Part shown: positions 1 through 12,490 of the stretch, piece after piece
Layout of the letters: each line of letters begins with the position of its first letter
Position numbering within the stretch: the stretch's first letter is position 1
Assembly: GCA_958296135.2 (NCBI GenBank)
Contig: CATQHZ020000001.1
Location: forward strand, 1,056,001 to 1,120,000
Origin: an uncultured Poribacteria bacterium
GTDB taxonomy: Bacteria > Poribacteria > WGA-4E > WGA-3G
Direction of reading: 5' to 3'
Length of the DNA stretch: 64,000 nucleotides
Translations under genes and position numbers: made by a program
Notes under the pieces: model-generated
What the model saw: only the letters and a program-made list of their open reading frames with translations
What the model was told of the DNA's origin: nothing
Database searches by the model: none

Positions 1-1647
1 GAGCCTGTCGCTATCCGCTATTTTGAAATTAAAGGCATTTTTAGTTTTGAAGGGTTTGAAATTGTGCTGCCCGATGCTGGCGCGGCACTGCGCGCTATCT
101 TGTGGCTATTAGGCGGCTTCCTTGTCCTCTTCGCGCTCAAAGGCATTTTTGTTTATGGTAATGACTATCTGATGGCGCGCGTTGGGCACAAAGTCGCCTT
201 TCGCTTGCGGAACGCGCTCTATCAGCGGCTTGTCTCTGCGCCCTTAGAGACACTCCGAGATGAACGCAGCGGCGATCTGATGACGCGCGTTACCGACGAT
301 GTGCGGGTGTGGCAGAACGCCATCGCCTCCATGGCGAACATTCTCCGTGCCGTTACCCTGGTCATCGTTTTTATGTGCGTGATGCTCATCCAGAGTTTTC
401 GGATGACGGTTTTTGCGCTGCTTCTCCTTCCGCTGCTCGCTTATCTCATCACCTCCATCGGCGTGCGCATCCGCAAAACCAGCACCGACATTCAGCAGCG
501 CAGCGCGGACATTTACTCACAACTGAAAGAGGCGCTTTTCGGTATCAAGATTATCAAAAGTTTCACGGCTGAGCCTGCGGAGTTGGAACGCTTCCGCGCG
601 GTGAACTGGAGTCAATACTGCTCGGCGATGCGGCGTGCGCGCTTGGCAGCGTTTTTACCGCCAGCGATTGAGTGGCTCAGTGCTGTCGGCATGGCCGCCG
701 TCTTCGGAATTGGATGCTGGGAGGTTATTGCTGGTTCGCTTTCAACAGGCGATTTCATCGGCTATATCGCGATGGTAGCACTGATGCTGAAACCGGTGAA
801 GACTATCGGTGGCGTGAACACGGTGTTGCAACAGAGTCTCGCATCTGCGGAACGGATTTTTTATGTGTTGGAGCTACGCACGGAAGCGCGTGGGGAAGCC
901 GCGCCCGAATTGCGGAACGTGCGCGGGGATGTTGCCTTTCACAACGTCTCTTTTGCCTATCATCAAGAACCTACCTTGAAGAACATCACTTTTGCGGCGA
1001 AGCAAGGTGAGGTAATCGCGCTTGTCGGGCCGAGCGGCAGTGGGAAGACGACGCTGCTCAACCTCCTGTTACGTTTCTATGAGGTGAACACCGGCACGAT
1101 TGCGATTGACGGTATGCGCATTTGCGAAGTGACGCTAGAATCCCTGCGCCGAAACATCGCGCTTGTCCCCCAAGATACGTTCCTTTTTGACGGTACTGTC
1201 TTAGAGAATATCGGCTACGGTTGTCCCGGTGCGTCTCGCGAGGCGATTGTCTCGGCGGCGCGGCAGGCGAACGCGCACGAGTTTATTAGCAACATGCCGC
1301 AGGGATATGATACGCCGATTGGGGAGGCAGGCGCGCGTCTTTCCGGTGGCGAACAGCAGCGGCTTTCTATTGCCCGCGCGCTGCTCAAAGATGCACCCAT
1401 TCTCGTGTTAGACGAGGCCACATCTTCGTTGGATACGCATTCGGAGGCGCTCATCCAAAAGTCATTGACGCATCTGATGGCGGGGAGAACTTGTTTTATC
1501 ATCGCGCATCGGCTATCCACTGTGGTACGCGCTGACAAAATCCTCGTCCTCCACGGCGGCGAGATTTTGGAAACGGGGACGCATGAGACGCTCTTGGCTG
1601 CGGGTGGGTTGTATCAGAAACTGTGCGAGATGCAATTTGGCGTTTGA
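1..1647 (+). CDS. ABC exporter, fused permease/ATPase (MsbA-like); 5' end lies outside the window
   Basis: Frame is open from base 1. TM helices are followed by Walker A GPSGSGKT, signature LSGGEQQR, Walker B ILVLDEATS and the IAHRLST H-loop. Confidence 0.92.
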   Translation, partial: EPVAIRYFEIKGIFSFEGFEIVLPDAGAALRAILWLLGGFLVLFALKGIFVYGNDYLMARVGHKVAFRLRNALYQRLVSAPLETLRDERSGDLMTRVTDDVRVWQNAIASMANILRAVTLVIVFMCVMLIQSFRMTVFALLLLPLLAYLITSIGVRIRKTSTDIQQRSADIYSQLKEALFGIKIIKSFTAEPAELERFRAVNWSQYCSAMRRARLAAFLPPAIEWLSAVGMAAVFGIGCWEVIAGSLSTGDFIGYIAMVALMLKPVKTIGGVNTVLQQSLASAERIFYVLELRTEARGEAAPELRNVRGDVAFHNVSFAYHQEPTLKNITFAAKQGEVIALVGPSGSGKTTLLNLLLRFYEVNTGTIAIDGMRICEVTLESLRRNIALVPQDTFLFDGTVLENIGYGCPGASREAIVSAARQANAHEFISNMPQGYDTPIGEAGARLSGGEQQRLSIARALLKDAPILVLDEATSSLDTHSEALIQKSLTHLMAGRTCFIIAHRLSTVVRADKILVLHGGEILETGTHETLLAAGGLYQKLCEMQFGV

Positions 1648-1858
1648 TATGAAGTTTCGTTAAGGGCGGTATTTCTTATGTTTTGATACCTCTGTGTTTT
1701 GCGCGATGTCTCGGAGGTTTCATACGCGATTGAAAACCGCGCCAGCCGAAAAATTCGATTTTTGCGTCCCTTCCGAAAAAAACGCATCTTAAGTAAACCT
1801 CTTTCCCCTCGTTAACGTCATAATAGGTAACAAGAAGGTAGAATTCTGCGGAGAGAAG

Positions 1859-1888
1859 AAAAGCCCTAACCTGAGACAGATTAGGGCA
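1859..1888 (-). terminator. Probable intrinsic terminator of the pentapeptide gene
   Basis: GCCCTAA...TTAGGGC hairpin with a short T-run on the minus strand, just after the stop at 1899. Confidence 0.5.
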
Positions 1889-1898
1889 TTCTGTAGAC

Positions 1899-2474
1899 TT
1901 AATTCCGTCCCTTTTTGGTAATGGCACCTTCCAGGTCTGCCTCACGGTAGACGGCTTCGGAGAGATCGACTTCGTAGAGGTAGGCACCTCTGAAATTTGC
2001 ACCGAGGAGGATAACGCCTTTCAGTTTAATTTCCCCGAAAATTGCCTCTTCGAGATTTGCATTTTCAAAGGTGGTTAAGGTGCCGAAGGGGCCTGGGATT
2101 ATGCAGTTCGGACAGCCGACGGTTGCCTTGCGTAGATTCGCGCGCCGGAAGTTGGTGCCGCTGAGCAAGCTCCCGCTGAGGAATGCGCCGTGTAAATCTG
2201 CTTCCTCGAAAATTGCGTCCGTGAGGTTAGCCCCGACGAGGTAGGTGCGGTGTAAAATGGCCCCGGTGAGGTTCGCGCCGGTGAGATTGGCGTCGTTTAG
2301 ATTTGCGTCCGTTAAATCGGTTTTGCGCAGGTCTGCCCCGCTCAGGTTCGCGGCGGACAGTTCGAGCCCGGGGAGCGATTGTTGTGCCAGATCGAGGTTC
2401 GCTAGATGTTCACCGGAGAAGGATGCCCCGGCGAGGGCCCCTTTGATAATATCACTTTGCGTGAGTTGCTGCAT
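1899..2474 (-). CDS. Pentapeptide repeat protein
   Basis: Tandem A(N/D)LxG-type pentapeptides (ANLSGADLRKTDLTDANLNDANLTGANLTG). Likely start ATG at 2474 (MQQLTQ). Confidence 0.9.
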   Translation of the reverse strand: MQQLTQSDIIKGALAGASFSGEHLANLDLAQQSLPGLELSAANLSGADLRKTDLTDANLNDANLTGANLTGAILHRTYLVGANLTDAIFEEADLHGAFLSGSLLSGTNFRRANLRKATVGCPNCIIPGPFGTLTTFENANLEEAIFGEIKLKGVILLGANFRGAYLYEVDLSEAVYREADLEGAITKKGRN

Positions 2475-2669
2475 GAATTGCCTCCAATTTTTCAGAATCA
2501 GCCCGACGCGGGCGCGCGTTGTGAGCGCGTCTACGAGCTGCTGGGTATGATGGAATTTGCGTAAGTCCTGCGAGATTATAAAATAGAGTATACCATATAA
2601 ACAGAGAAAAGTTAAATTGTTTTTCGGTGGTGCGCCTGCCGGAAAATGCAAACGCTATGAGGTGATGAG

Positions 2670-4319
2670 ATGAGAGAGTTTTACGCCTTCTATCCAACCG
2701 AGGATGAGTTTCTCCCTGCTGAGGAGAAGCGCGAGGAGTATCCGAGTACGCCGAAGGATGAGAACTTCGCGTATCTGCAAAAAATCGCGAGGACTCCCTT
2801 GCTGGAGCCGGGTGAGGAGCGGGCCCTCTTCAAAAAATATCGGGAGGGTTTGCAGACATTCATGGGGCGGTTAAATCGGTTTCCCACGTGGATGCTTGCC
2901 TCGCTAGAATTCCCTCGGAACCGCGCCGCTAGCGGTGATTACACATTTGAGCCCGCGCAATCAGAACACGGAACTATTCTGGACCAGGTGCGCGCCCATG
3001 TCCACAACATCGGCGATTTATTGGAACGCCTGGAAGAAAAGGCGGAGAGCCTCGCGCGGGCAGAGGCTACGATTTTTGAGGGGAACGCGCATCTCCTGAA
3101 AAAGTATGTCGAGGCGACTTCGCCGGCGGCAGCGCGGGCGCGACTTACGCCTACCGAATTGTGGCGTGCTGCGCGCTTCGGGCTTCAGCGAGCTATTGAA
3201 GAGTGTGATACGCGCCGCGGTGAGGAATTTCGGGCGTACGCGTGCCGCTCTATCCGCCGCAGCATCAACGCCCTGGCGAAACGGCAGGCGGGCTTGAAAA
3301 AGCGGGCGGATGGTGCTCCCGATGTCGCGTCCCGCATGCAAACGCTTCTCCGCGCAGTGCCGTTGAGCCCGGTGGAAGAGGCGCTCGCTTTCGAGGAGTT
3401 TGGCCTCCTCCAATATGAGGTGACGCAGCTGCTGCGGAAGCTGCCGGCTGGCATTTTGCCGGAACAAGCGGCGGCTTGGAAGCCTCGCACGCTTCGTTTT
3501 ATCCTCAACGAGATTCGCGATGAATTCGCGTATATTGAGTGGCTGTGGAACAAGCTGGAGGCGGCGGATGAGGTGACGCACACCACGAAGCTGGAAATTG
3601 TGGAAGCGAACCTGCGTCTTGTCGCTAGTATTGCTAAGCAGCACCACTTCAGCAAAACCTCGCTCACCTTCCTCGATTTGATGCAGGAAGGGAGCCTTGG
3701 GTTGATGAAGGCTGTCGATAAATTTGACTACACGCTTAGTTATCGCTTCAGCACTTACGCGACCTGGTGGATCATGCAGGCTATCAAACGCGCGTTGGAC
3801 CAGCAGGGCCAGTTGATTCGTGTGCCGTGCTATATTGGTGAGGCACACCGCGCGATAAAGCTCGCGCAGTCCACCCTCACGGGGGAGCTCGGCCGTGAGC
3901 CGACGACGAAGGAGATAGCGGCCGAGGTGGGGCTTTCCGAGCAGAAGGTGATGGAGATTTTCCAAGCGACAAAAGAACCGGTGAGTCTAGATGCCCCGAT
4001 CGATGAGAGTTCGCCGGACAGCGCGTTCTCTGAGTTAATTCCGGATTCGTCCCAGATTACGCCGGAGAGTTACCTCGTCAGTTACTCGAAAATGGAGGCT
4101 ATCATCGAGGTGCTCAACAGGGCGCTGAATCCGCGGGAGACGCACGTTATCGCGTTGCGGTACGGGATAATTGATGGCACCGAGTACACCCTCGCCGACA
4201 TCAGTGGCAAGCTTCGCATCAGCCGCGAGCGTGTCCGTCAGATAGAGGGTGAGGCACTCGTAAAGCTGCAGTCGCACGATTCCAAGGCATTGCTGAAGGA
4301 GTTGCTGCTGAATGGGTAG
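2670..4319 (+). CDS. Sigma-70 family RNA polymerase sigma factor (RpoD/RpoS-like) with a duplicated N-terminal region 1.2-2
   Basis: [59 protein letters not shown]. Confidence 0.92.
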   Translation: MREFYAFYPTEDEFLPAEEKREEYPSTPKDENFAYLQKIARTPLLEPGEERALFKKYREGLQTFMGRLNRFPTWMLASLEFPRNRAASGDYTFEPAQSEHGTILDQVRAHVHNIGDLLERLEEKAESLARAEATIFEGNAHLLKKYVEATSPAAARARLTPTELWRAARFGLQRAIEECDTRRGEEFRAYACRSIRRSINALAKRQAGLKKRADGAPDVASRMQTLLRAVPLSPVEEALAFEEFGLLQYEVTQLLRKLPAGILPEQAAAWKPRTLRFILNEIRDEFAYIEWLWNKLEAADEVTHTTKLEIVEANLRLVASIAKQHHFSKTSLTFLDLMQEGSLGLMKAVDKFDYTLSYRFSTYATWWIMQAIKRALDQQGQLIRVPCYIGEAHRAIKLAQSTLTGELGREPTTKEIAAEVGLSEQKVMEIFQATKEPVSLDAPIDESSPDSAFSELIPDSSQITPESYLVSYSKMEAIIEVLNRALNPRETHVIALRYGIIDGTEYTLADISGKLRISRERVRQIEGEALVKLQSHDSKALLKELLLNG

Positions 4320-4326
4320 GTTTATG

Positions 4327-4398
4327 AGGCGCGGTTTGTAACCGCGCCTACCGGGAATTTGCCTCTCTGTAGGTAGGGCTCGCCAGGGCCCTACCTAT
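4327..4398. repeat. Pair of GTAG-type REP palindromes
   Basis: AGGCGCGGTTTGTAACCGCGCCTAC and GTAGGTAGGGCTCGCCAGGGCCCTACCTA. Confidence 0.75.
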
Positions 4399-4421
4399 TT
4401 TTAGATTTTGCGAATAGACAC

Positions 4422-7422
<3,001 letters not shown>

Positions 7423-7486
7423 ATTGTAGGCCTCCCGCGGCCGGGCCCGGTAGGTGCGGTTTTCAACCGCGCCTGCTCGTCCCAAC

Positions 7487-9379
7487 TTATGCACGTAGCT
7501 TTCCATTGTGTGTAGCACACAAATCACACGTCTTGCAACGGTAATCTTTCTCGATGTCTTCGTCGAAGTATTCGCGGATAACGCGAGTGCGGCAGGTTGC
7601 CTCTAACGCATAAAAAACCACCTTATCGATTTGTTGGCGTTTTCGGCGGACATAATCCCCCACCTCAATTTGTTCTTCTGTTAGCGGGTTGAAGAGTTCA
7701 CTGTCGAGGATCAACTCAATTAGCATCAGGTCTTCTTGTCCGCGATATTGGATATATCCGTCGCTTAGCAACTCGGCGAGGTGCTCCATCACCGCGTTTG
7801 GGTTCAATCCTGTGGCCTTGGATAAATCCAAAATTTTCTGCTGCCTTCCCTGCTGTAGATGGCTCAGCAGACGTTGCTGCGCGGTGTCTGCCAGTATCGG
7901 TGAGTTTTGCATGGAATGTCCGAAACGCACTGAGACTTGCGATGGCACATGATACCATCTTTTTAGAAAGCCGAGTTTCTCCAGATAGCTGAGGCAGCCC
8001 AGGATTTTTCCGCTTTTAAACCCGCTCATCCACTCCAATTCATCGTTGGCGATGGTTCGGTAGGGTCCTGCGCCCTCAAAATTCTCAATTACCTTGAGGA
8101 GTTTCAGTAATGAGGGTTTATCCGGTGCGTTTTCCTTGATGAACCATTCGTGCAGTTTCCTGTCTTCGGGACAGTAGAGCAAGACGCACTGCGAGTCTTC
8201 GCCGTCTCTGCCGGCCCTGCCGATTTCTTGACAATATTCTTCAAGCGTGCCGGTCATCGTCCAATGCACGATGTATCGGATGTCTGGTTTGTCGATGCCC
8301 ATGCCGAAGGCGTTTGTTGCGACGACGATGTTTAGCCCGTTTTCGCTGTTGTCAAAAAAGGCTTCTTGGACGCGCGTGCGTTGGTGGGGTTCAAGTCCTG
8401 CGTGGTAGTGCTCGGCACGAAACCCGCGTGCTTTTAGGCGATTGGCGATGTCCTCCGTGTTTTTTCGGGTACCGGCGTAGATAATCCCGTTGTCGTCTGC
8501 CGCATTTTCATACAAAAATGCGGCAAGTTGCTGATACTTTTCATCTTTATTACCGCTTTCTTGGACACTCAGTTTGAGATTCGGACGCTCGATTCCTTGC
8601 GTCATCACCTTGGGTGTGGGGATATGGAGCAGATTCAGCACATCTTCGCGGATCTCTGGCGGTGCGGTTGCGGTGAAGAGGGCGATGCCGTGCGGTTGGA
8701 GCGCGTCTAGCGTATCGCGGAGGGCTAGATACGCTGGCCGGAAATCGCGTCCCCATTGCGAAATACAGTGTGCCTCGTCGATGACGAATAGGGAGATGGT
8801 GCAGGTGTTCAGCAGGGCTAGAAAACGTCGGCTCCGCAGGCGTTCTGGTGAGATATAGAGGAGTTTGACTTCGCCTTGCTGGATGCGTGCTAATTCAGAG
8901 CGGTATTCGTCAAACGTCTGGGTGCTGTTGATGAGGGCGATGTCGGCGATTCCCTGCGCTTTCAACGCGTCAACCTGGTTCTTCATCAGTGAGATGAGGG
9001 GTGTGATGACGACTGTGATGCCGGGTAGCATCAGCGCGGGCAGTTGATAACATAACGATTTGCCGTGTCCTGTTGGGAAGATGGCGAATACATTTTCGCC
9101 GCCCAAGATGGCATCAATGATTTCGCGTTGCCCGGCGCGGAATTTGGTATAGCCGAAGTGCGTGTTGAGCGCGGTGAGGAGTGCATCCGGCTGTTGAGAT
9201 TGGGGGGTCTCTCCTACCTGTCGAGACCGGGAGGTCTCTCCTACTGGGGAGTCGAGACCAGGGGTTTCTCCTACTGGGAGTCGAGACCGGGAGGTTTCTC
9301 CTACCGGGGAGGGGGCTACCTTATCTTCTAGTACTAGAATGGAGTCGACTTCTTCTAGAAGTGCTTGCAAATTGCTCAT
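7487..9379 (-). CDS. recQ: RecQ family ATP-dependent DNA helicase
   Basis: PTGHGKSLCYQLP, DEAHCISQWGRDFRP, ATNAFGMGIDK, QEIGRAGRDG and a C-terminal Cys cluster. Confidence 0.93.
   Translation of the reverse strand: MSNLQALLEEVDSILVLEDKVAPSPVGETSRSRLPVGETPGLDSPVGETSRSRQVGETPQSQQPDALLTALNTHFGYTKFRAGQREIIDAILGGENVFAIFPTGHGKSLCYQLPALMLPGITVVITPLISLMKNQVDALKAQGIADIALINSTQTFDEYRSELARIQQGEVKLLYISPERLRSRRFLALLNTCTISLFVIDEAHCISQWGRDFRPAYLALRDTLDALQPHGIALFTATAPPEIREDVLNLLHIPTPKVMTQGIERPNLKLSVQESGNKDEKYQQLAAFLYENAADDNGIIYAGTRKNTEDIANRLKARGFRAEHYHAGLEPHQRTRVQEAFFDNSENGLNIVVATNAFGMGIDKPDIRYIVHWTMTGTLEEYCQEIGRAGRDGEDSQCVLLYCPEDRKLHEWFIKENAPDKPSLLKLLKVIENFEGAGPYRTIANDELEWMSGFKSGKILGCLSYLEKLGFLKRWYHVPSQVSVRFGHSMQNSPILADTAQQRLLSHLQQGRQQKILDLSKATGLNPNAVMEHLAELLSDGYIQYRGQEDLMLIELILDSELFNPLTEEQIEVGDYVRRKRQQIDKVVFYALEATCRTRVIREYFDEDIEKDYRCKTCDLCATHNGKLRA
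9195..9304 (-). repeat. Four tandem GTAGGAGAGACCTCCCGGTCTCGA-type REP units, in frame inside recQ
   Basis: Encodes PVGETSRSR-like repeats near the RecQ N-terminus. Confidence 0.85.
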
Positions 9380-9444
9380 GGTATGTCTCAGTTACGGGGG
9401 ACAGGCCCCCGCGCTATGTTCGTAAGGGGGTTATCGCAGCGCCG

Positions 9445-10152
9445 TTAATCTTGAAAAAACCGGAAACGGAGGATGTGAAAAATCGCGGCGATGCCATCCT
9501 TCCAGTTGACGGTTTTCCCTTCGTGGTAATCCCTGCCGCGATAGGTAATGGGGACATCGACGATTCTGCATTTGCGCTTGGCGAGTTTCGCCGTGATTTC
9601 GGGCTCGAATCCGAACCGATCGGACTGGAGGGTAGCCGCGATTTCCTTCAACATCGGCGTTTTCATCACCTTGTAGCAGGTCTCCATGTCGGTAAGGTTT
9701 GTGCCGTTGACGACATTGGAGAGGAACGTGAGGAACCGATTCGCGAGATAACTCCGCAGCAAGCCTTCTTGTCTTCCCTCCATGAAACGTGAGCCGTAGA
9801 CGACATCTGCTTCGTCTGCCAGGATGGGCTGCAGCAATTTGGGGTAATCACTCGGGTCATATTCCAGGTCTGCATCTTGGATGAGGGTAATGTCGCCAGT
9901 GATATGTTGGAACCCGGTGCGGAGCGTTGCGCCTTTGCCCTTGTTCACGTCGTGATAAAAGATTTTCGTAGATGTCTCGGCAGCTGTCTTGATGCGTTTT
10001 AAGATTTCGCGCGTACCGTCTGTGGAACAGTCGTCAACGAGAATCAGTTCTTTTTGCATGCCGACATCAACGGCGACGATTTGGCGTAGAATCTCTTCTA
10101 GGTTCTCTGCCTCGTTGTAAATGGGAATGACAATAGTCAGCCTCGGCTCCAT
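9445..10152 (-). CDS. Glycosyltransferase family 2 (DPM1-like)
   Basis: IVIPIYNE, VDDCSTDGT, NKGKG, QDADLEYDP, FGFEPE. Confidence 0.92.
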   Translation of the reverse strand: MEPRLTIVIPIYNEAENLEEILRQIVAVDVGMQKELILVDDCSTDGTREILKRIKTAAETSTKIFYHDVNKGKGATLRTGFQHITGDITLIQDADLEYDPSDYPKLLQPILADEADVVYGSRFMEGRQEGLLRSYLANRFLTFLSNVVNGTNLTDMETCYKVMKTPMLKEIAATLQSDRFGFEPEITAKLAKRKCRIVDVPITYRGRDYHEGKTVNWKDGIAAIFHILRFRFFQD

Positions 10153-10952
10153 CTGGGTGCCCCCAATGTTTTCGGAGTCTTCCGCAACGTTTTCTACATG
10201 ATACCCGATTTCGTTTTTTTGTGCAAGTCTTTTTCTCGTGCCTCAGGAAGATTTGGTTGTCGGTTTTGGACGTTCCGTGGTTGTCTGAATCAGGATTTTC
10301 GGGATTTTAGGAAACTCAACCTACAGATGTGGGAGAACTGAATCGTCCTGGGAAACAGAGAAAAATCGTGGATACTGCCGCTGTTTTTTAGGGTGCTGCA
10401 TAATCGGGCAGTTAAGAGACTGCGCACCGAACTCCTCAAAGCCCCGGATTTTGAGGAATACGCGAACGCAGCGACTTAAACCTGCGCGGCGTGTACGCAG
10501 TCTGCCTCCGTAGGCGCGGTTGCAAACCGCGCCTACGGTAGTCACAATGGTTTTGCGATGCAACGCAGTGTCTCTTTCTTGTAGGCGTAACGGTGGAAAA
10601 TAATGGCCTGTGCATCAGTTCTGGACTGCTAAAATAGCCCTTTGTGAAAAAACTTCATTTTTTCTGAAACGTTTTGACGGATGTGTTCAAGCATCGCCGC
10701 TTGGGTAGGTTCCGCTACGGTTTCTGGGACAAGCAGTGCTTTCTGGCATACCAATATAGCAATCAGAAGCATCGCAACCGTTTTGCTAAACATGGGTGGT
10801 TCCTCCTTGAAGGCACGGTAAGGACAGATTGCTATATCTGTCCGTGTGTTTGGCGTGGCGGGCGGATAGAGACCTCCGCCCTTACAAACAATTGGCGAAA
10901 TTTGTCATGCTATAGAGTCCTCCCAGGCGAAAAAGGATAGTAAAAAATATTC

Positions 10953-10981
10953 TTGACATTTTCACGTTTTTCTGTTAACAT
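10953..10981 (+). promoter_or_regulatory. Sigma-70 promoter for the TPR and selenoprotein genes
   Basis: TTGACA-N17-TAACAT. Confidence 0.65.
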
Positions 10982-11010
10982 CATCTGTAAACTTGAATAG
11001 GATGCAACAC

Positions 11011-11334
11011 ATGCCGACCCGAGAGGAACTTTACGATGCCGCGCTTGCGCATTTTGCTGAGAACGCATTGGCGGCGGCCGTCAACGCTTTCAAAAAACTG
11101 ACCGAAACGTATCCGGACTATACCGAGGGGTATATCGGATTAGGGCACGCTTATGAACGGCTTGGGAACTACGATGAGGCGCTCGAAGCCGTTCAGCAGG
11201 CGATTGAGCTTGACCCGAGGGACCCGCTCGCGTATACGAGTCTATCTATCTGTTACCAACGAAAGGGGATGATTCCAGAAGCAGAGGATGCGATGGCGAA
11301 ATCGCAACAGCTGCAGATGGAAGCGTCCCGGTAG
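11011..11334 (+). CDS. Small TPR protein
   Basis: TPR consensus (YIGLGHAYERLGNYDEALEAVQQAIELDP). Confidence 0.85.
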   Translation: MPTREELYDAALAHFAENALAAAVNAFKKLTETYPDYTEGYIGLGHAYERLGNYDEALEAVQQAIELDPRDPLAYTSLSICYQRKGMIPEAEDAMAKSQQLQMEASR

Positions 11335-11462
11335 TATTACCAATCTGTAGGGCGAGCTCGCCGTGTTTGAGCACCGGTAGGCGCGGTTTGAAACCGCGCC
11401 TACCGGTTCGTTACATTATCGGGCGGATAGAAACATCCGCCCTTACGATTAGGAGGCCTGTT

Positions 11463-11990
11463 ATGACAAACGTTACCTTACTCGATCCGACTTCTCAGGG
11501 GGATGTCTCGGCGAAATTTCTTGCGCCGCGGCTGGACAGCCTTGATGGAAAGGTGATGGGTTTGCTGAACATCACGAAGAACGGCAGCGATATTTTCCTT
11601 GAACGCGTTGAGGAATTAATGCGCGAACGGTTTGACTTGGCGGATGTTATCCATGTCAAAAAGCCGACGTTCTCGCGGCCTGCGCCGATGGATTTGCTTT
11701 CCGAGCTCGCCGAGCGCGCCGATTTCGTGGTTGAAGGGCTCGCCGACTGAGGCTCCTGTATCTCGTGCAGTATGCACGATGGGAGTGCTTTAGAAGAGCG
11801 CGGCGTGCCGAGTGTCGCTGTTTGCACGGAGGTATTTTTTGCTGCTGGGAAGGTGCAGGCGCGCGTTCTCGGGCACGGCGATTTGGAACCGTTGACTGTG
11901 GCGCACCCGATTCAGAGTCTCACGCCGGCTCAGATTCGTCAGCGCGCCGATGATGCGGTTGAAAATATCGCGGCCCGGTTGATGAAGTAG
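11463..11990 (+). CDS. UGSC-family thioredoxin-like selenoprotein (in-frame UGA at 11748-11750 read as Sec)
   Basis: ORFs 11367-11750 and 11772-11990 share a frame. Readthrough gives GLAD-U-GSCISCSMHD. RBS AGGAGG before ATG 11463, and a hairpin follows the UGA. Confidence 0.88.
11752..11786 (+). promoter_or_regulatory. Putative bacterial SECIS element
   Basis: TCGTGCA-GTA-TGCACGA stem-loop. The loop begins with G, 19 nt after the UGA. Lower stem CTCC/GGAG. Confidence 0.65.
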
Positions 11991-11998
11991 GGTCTTAG

Positions 11999-12490
11999 CG
12001 GGGCGGTTTTCGGTGCGCGCGGGGATTCGCGAGGGGCGGTTTTCGGTGCGATCGGGCATCGCGAGGGACAGGCCCTCGCGCTACGGTGAAAGGGGCGGTT
12101 TTCGGTGCGCGCGGGGATTCGCGAGGGGCAGTTTTCGGTGCGATCGGGCATCGCGAGGGGAACCCTCGGCGATTCGCGCTCGCCGGGCCCTCGCGCTACG
12201 GTGCCGGGGGGCGGTTTTCGGTGCGCGCGGGATTCGCGAGGGGCAGTTTTCGGTGCGATCGGGCATCGCGAGGGACAGTGGACATCTCTGCAGCGGGACT
12301 GCAGAGATGACAAAGTTTCGGCGTAACGGCCCTCGCGCTACGGTGCCGGGATGGGTTTTTTTCAACCGAACATTCGCGAGGGACAGGCCCTCGCGCTACG
12401 GCCCCGGGATGGGCTTTTGTCAATGCACGCTCGCGAGGGGAACCCTCGGCGGTTCGCGAGGGCCAGGTTTTGCCGCGCGCTATGGGGCCG
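11999..12490. repeat. Tandem array of composite REP units (core CGCGAGGGACAGGCCCTCGCGCTAC) between convergent genes
   Basis: Three near-identical ~90-115 bp units (GGCGGTTTTCGGTGCGCGCGGGGATTCGCGAGGGG...) plus degenerate copies. Related copies near 9395, 53232 and 60555. Confidence 0.88.

Noticed and set aside
3018-3965. Long antisense ORFs (also 13129-13968, 14194-15033, 45149-45982, 62353-63174)
   Set aside because: They are shadow frames of well-supported genes in GC-rich DNA.
10153-10950. Large intergenic region as a hidden gene or RNA
   Set aside because: Only short motif-less ORFs, REP copies and promoter-like sequence were seen, with no supportable feature.
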